From assembly GCA_030704615.1 (NCBI GenBank), contig CM060732.1, positions 58,714,001 to 58,778,000 on the forward strand: a stretch of 64,000 bases of DNA. Direction: 5' to 3'. This stretch comes from Takakia lepidozioides (taxonomy: Eukaryota; Plantae; Bryophyta). Position numbers and translations under genes: made by a program. The notes under the pieces are model-generated. The model had not been told where the DNA came from and made no database searches. It saw only the letters and a program-made list of their open reading frames with translations. This document shows positions 60,170 through 64,000 of this stretch, one piece after another. Numbering within the stretch: position 1 is the first letter of the stretch; every line of letters begins with the position of its first letter.

Positions 60170-63100
60170 ATGGCTGCAGCGCAGTGTGCAGGGGTGGGAT
60201 TGCCCTTGCAAAGTGGTGGTTGGGGGCCTTCACAGTGGGCACTCAAGAGCAGGGATAGTGGGAAAATAGGATGGAAGGGACGGGGATTCCATCAGGCTCA
60301 CTTGGTGCTGGATTTAGGGTTAGGGTTGACCGGATCACCTGGATTGTGCCCGTGTCAGGCATCCAGGCAGGATCCTGGTTACAAGAGAAGTTCTTCCAAG
60401 AAATCGGAAAGTAAGAAGGGTGGCAAACCGTCGCTTGCTGAAGCTTCAGAGTCGTCGATGTCGGCTGTTGAGAAACGGTCGAAGGTTGACAGAGAGCAGG
60501 TCAGTGGATGGCCTACAATGCTTCATTGTTCGCTTTTCAAGTTTACTAGGCATGATTTTTTCATGGAAAATATAATGTAGCTATAGTATCATGCATCGAA
60601 GATTTGAGGTATGAATTTCTTCTGCAAATATTGTTTTCTTTTATTATCTTTTGGAAACAGTTGCATTTCCTCTATGTGTCGAGTCTTCCTTCTTTTTCCT
60701 GCGGGTGCGGGATGATTAGTGAGCAGCAGTTTGTGTAGACACTCTTGTATTCTGTGGCTGTGGGAATGTGCCAAATTATTTGGAAGAGTCGAAGTGGTAA
60801 ATGATCACCGCACTCACTTTGGAAGAGTTGGGAACATATGATATTGAATCACATTGTCCAGCATATAGGTTTCAGTCTCACAAGGGCTGTTGATGGAATA
60901 TGAAATGGTGACCAAATGAGGCCAACTTTGGCTCCTTGTGCATAGTCAGCCTAGTGTTCAGTTGTGTACGCCACTGCTTGTTTGAGAGTCAGGGTGTCAC
61001 AGGCAAAGTCAGTTCTCATAATGAGGTCTGTGATCATCTCCTCATATCGGTGAATGCTGTAGTAAAGATTATTCTAGAGACAATCTGGAAGGACAGAACA
61101 ACCTGCCTCACAAAATAACGGCGCACTCTGGGAGAGAGCTCCAACTCAAAGCTACAGTTACCTTTTAGGAAAACTCTCAGAAATCCAACGCAAGAATGGC
61201 TAGACTTTGTCAAGCACTTTTAATAGTGTCTCTGCAAATATGTTTTCATAAACTGCTATCCGTAGCAGGAGTGGAGTACCGATGTGGAGGTAGATGACGG
61301 CACTTCAGCAGCGGTTCCTTTGCCAAAGCCACCTGCTGGGTTCATTCTGGATGAGGCCAGCAAAGTTGTGCTAATGGCTCCCCCAGCTAATCGATTAGTT
61401 ACCATTGTGAGTTTTTCCCCACCCTCTGTAGCACATCATTAGTCATCTTCTTGAGCTGTTTTGATAAGCATGAGATGGACAAATAGGCCACTTGAAGCAA
61501 AATTTATGAAGAGAACTAGAATTTTCTTATGGGAAGGGTACATGGAATTTTCTCTAGTGTAGTTTTACTCCTGATTCAGCCCCTAAACCCTACCCCTTGC
61601 ATCCGACAGACTGTTGTTTTTGTCCATCGTCCCTTTGAGAACTGACTTTGTGTGAAATAGGTAGACCCAGCAACAAAGAGGCCACTGGAATGTATGATCC
61701 GGCGCTGTTTTTTGAGCTCAGAAGGGGAGCAATGCCTTCTGTTGCTACCACTTGACATGTAAGTTGGTCCATTTATTATTAATAGTGAGAAAATCGAGAA
61801 CGTCTGATGCCAGAGAAGAGGAAGAGTGAGAGTGGCCGTAGGCAGGGAATCGATGAGAAACTTTGGAGGAGAAACATTGGTTTGTAATCTTCAATGTACA
61901 CAAGGAGGTAAAAAGCCTGCTTTATCCACAGGGTCCTAGTAGACTGCACAATCGACAAATTATTTTCATTGCTTGTAGCCCTCCAGGAACATGTTGTAGT
62001 CCGCCGTGCCTAGCAACGCTTCAGCTAATTCCACGAACAACGTCATGTATGCTACTGAAAAATTAGCAGACTTGGCAGTTCATGCTCTGGATATATGCTG
62101 TTTCTATAACATGACATCTGGTATCATGTAACTTGCTTTAATGTTTTTATCTTACCACAGCCTTGCAGCCATAACCCGGGTAAGACCTTTTGCAGTCTAG
62201 TGACAACCTGAGCATGGAACTTCCATAATAATGCAGAATGTGGCATTTGCGTTTGCTGATCTCAAACTTGAGCGGTAGTAAGGCCTTATATGGAATCAAT
62301 CATGGAACCAGTAATTTACAACATAGGGGGAACTGAATGAGGGTCATCAGGCACACTGGGTATTCCATTTTCTGACACCCCTGCTGTAGTGTGGCCTGTA
62401 AATAACTTCACTGCTAATGACAATCTAAGTGTGCTTGTGCCTGCAGGCCATTGCAAATACTAAAAATAGAAGAGGAGAGTGAAGGCTTGAGAGAGGCAAG
62501 TGTGTTCCCATCTCCTGCCACCTTCTTGGATTCACCAGCTTTCTTTCACCTGTTCATAAGCATGAATGCTTGAAAGTGATTGTGTACAGGTATGCTCTCT
62601 TTTGAACACTGGTAAGAAGAATGAAGAGAGGGATGGGTGATGTGCAGCTGAGTGATGCAGAACTTGATGAGGTGCTACCCACTGCTGCCTATGCCCTTGC
62701 CAAGAGGCGGCTCCACCTTATCATTAGCGGGTGATTGCTCTTGTCCTCCTTGCGATATATAGATTTTCCTTTCAGCAGCTGTAATTCATGCTGTGAAGTA
62801 GTTTTATGGAAGCTAGTCCCAACATCTGTTTGTGACAACCTGTTGAATATGTTGCACATCAGGTCATTTGGATATTTAGCTGGTTTCATTCTTTCTGTCT
62901 CCATCTTCATGGAGTTCTCCTTGTTTCTCCTTTTTCTATGAAGCAGACTGCGACTTTTATCTTATGACTGAACCTTCATGAAATTTCTTCCCCTGGTTGG
63001 TCAGCTCCAAGTGATCATCTTAACTCAAAAAGAAAGATGCTGCCAACGGAAGTTGGCTTATGTAAGAGCCTCTTCCCCATCGTAACTCAAAATTACTGAT

Positions 63101-63873
63101 AGTCTGTTTGGTAAATACAGCAGTGTAAAGTGACACTGGGGGTGGGGGCTTAAGGGTTTGTGTGGACATGACCAAAAATCTAGATTTGAGAGCGCGCAGG
63201 TTCTGTCTGACAGTGCGCGGGGGATTTTGCTACACAGAGGATGATGTGATGGATTTGAACACTGGTATAAAACTAATGCTTTTGTTAGTCTTCTTGTTTT
63301 CCTTGGGGTTACAAATGAACTCAAGGGCGATTATTCGAATCAAACAAAATGTGTGCCTTGTGTTTTCAGAAACTGTAAGCTTCCTGATTCATGAATGGCT
63401 GTTGAAGATTACCATGGGTAAAATAACTGACGGCCTTTTGCATTATGTTTCTCCATATGTGGTGGAAACTTAACTGAATGGCGATTGTTTCAGTCTGGCA
63501 GAGCATCTGCCTGGTTTGTTTAAGAAAACATACATCGTTTTACGTCTTCTGACATTGTGTTGCAGAATATGGGGAGGGATTGGGAGGCTCATTGGCAGAA
63601 GGTGTGGAGATTGCCAATTTTCAAATGGTATGCATCTTTGAAGCACATTGTTCCCTATGTTCCTGTGATGTGGAAAACCATTCAGCCCTGGGCAAATTTA
63701 TCTGTGACGGTAAAGGCAATTTGCCTTTAGAGTCTGCAGACGTTGGTATTTTTTGCCAGTATTTTCTCCTTTCCGTATTCCACTGCTGAACAAAACAATG
63801 TGCTATGTGACAGAAGGACAGCGAATATCTTATGTACACACCATTTGATCCCCTTATGTTTGTTGCCCTTAAG
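60170..63873 (+). CDS. Plastid-targeted DUF3727-like protein, 3' partial (continues beyond the window)
   Basis: Exons 60170-60499, 61269-61406, 61661-61758, 62447-62495, 62648-62730, 63200-63264, 63566-63627 and 63814-63873 splice into one frame. Transit-peptide-like N-terminus, then PLPKPPAGF, PLECMIRR, LLPLDMPLQIL, AAYALAK, GFCLTVRGGFCYTEDD, EGVEI and YTPFDPLMFVA. Confidence 0.85.
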
Positions 63874-64000
63874 GTGATTCTTTCCTACTGCCCCCCCTGT
63901 TGAGGTTTTGCCGTTACTGCTGTCTATTCTTCTACATCAATCTTCCTTTTTATGTCCGCAAGAAATTGGAATTTTTTATGGAGGCAAACATGTGACTGTG

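Overview
Land-plant nuclear DNA with spliceosomal introns. It looks bryophyte/moss-like, but that is inferred from gene and repeat style only. Host genes reconstructed from splice sites: a C2H2-zinc-finger/PARP-fold protein (-), a DUF1218 membrane protein with a repetitive tail (+), a 5-exon receptor-like kinase (+), a tandem pair of MUSTACHES/At4g36180-like LRR-RLKs (+), an intronless mitochondrial phosphate carrier (+), a PMEI-less pectin methylesterase (-) and the 5' part of a plastid DUF3727-like gene (+). Mobile DNA includes a decayed PIF/Harbinger element (18371-27869). A very young Ty3/gypsy chromovirus (18890-25860) and a SINE have both inserted into it. There is also a hAT MITE, a CACTA-like remnant and a small Copia-derived LTR element. 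Two observations stand out. (1) A tRNA-headed, poly(A)-less retroposon family is present in four copies, and its body keeps a three-way junction plus terminal hairpin through compensatory base changes. (2) The Copia-derived element has an inverted RNaseH-PPT arm exactly where its PBS should be. Identities and structures were judged by eye and need computational confirmation.
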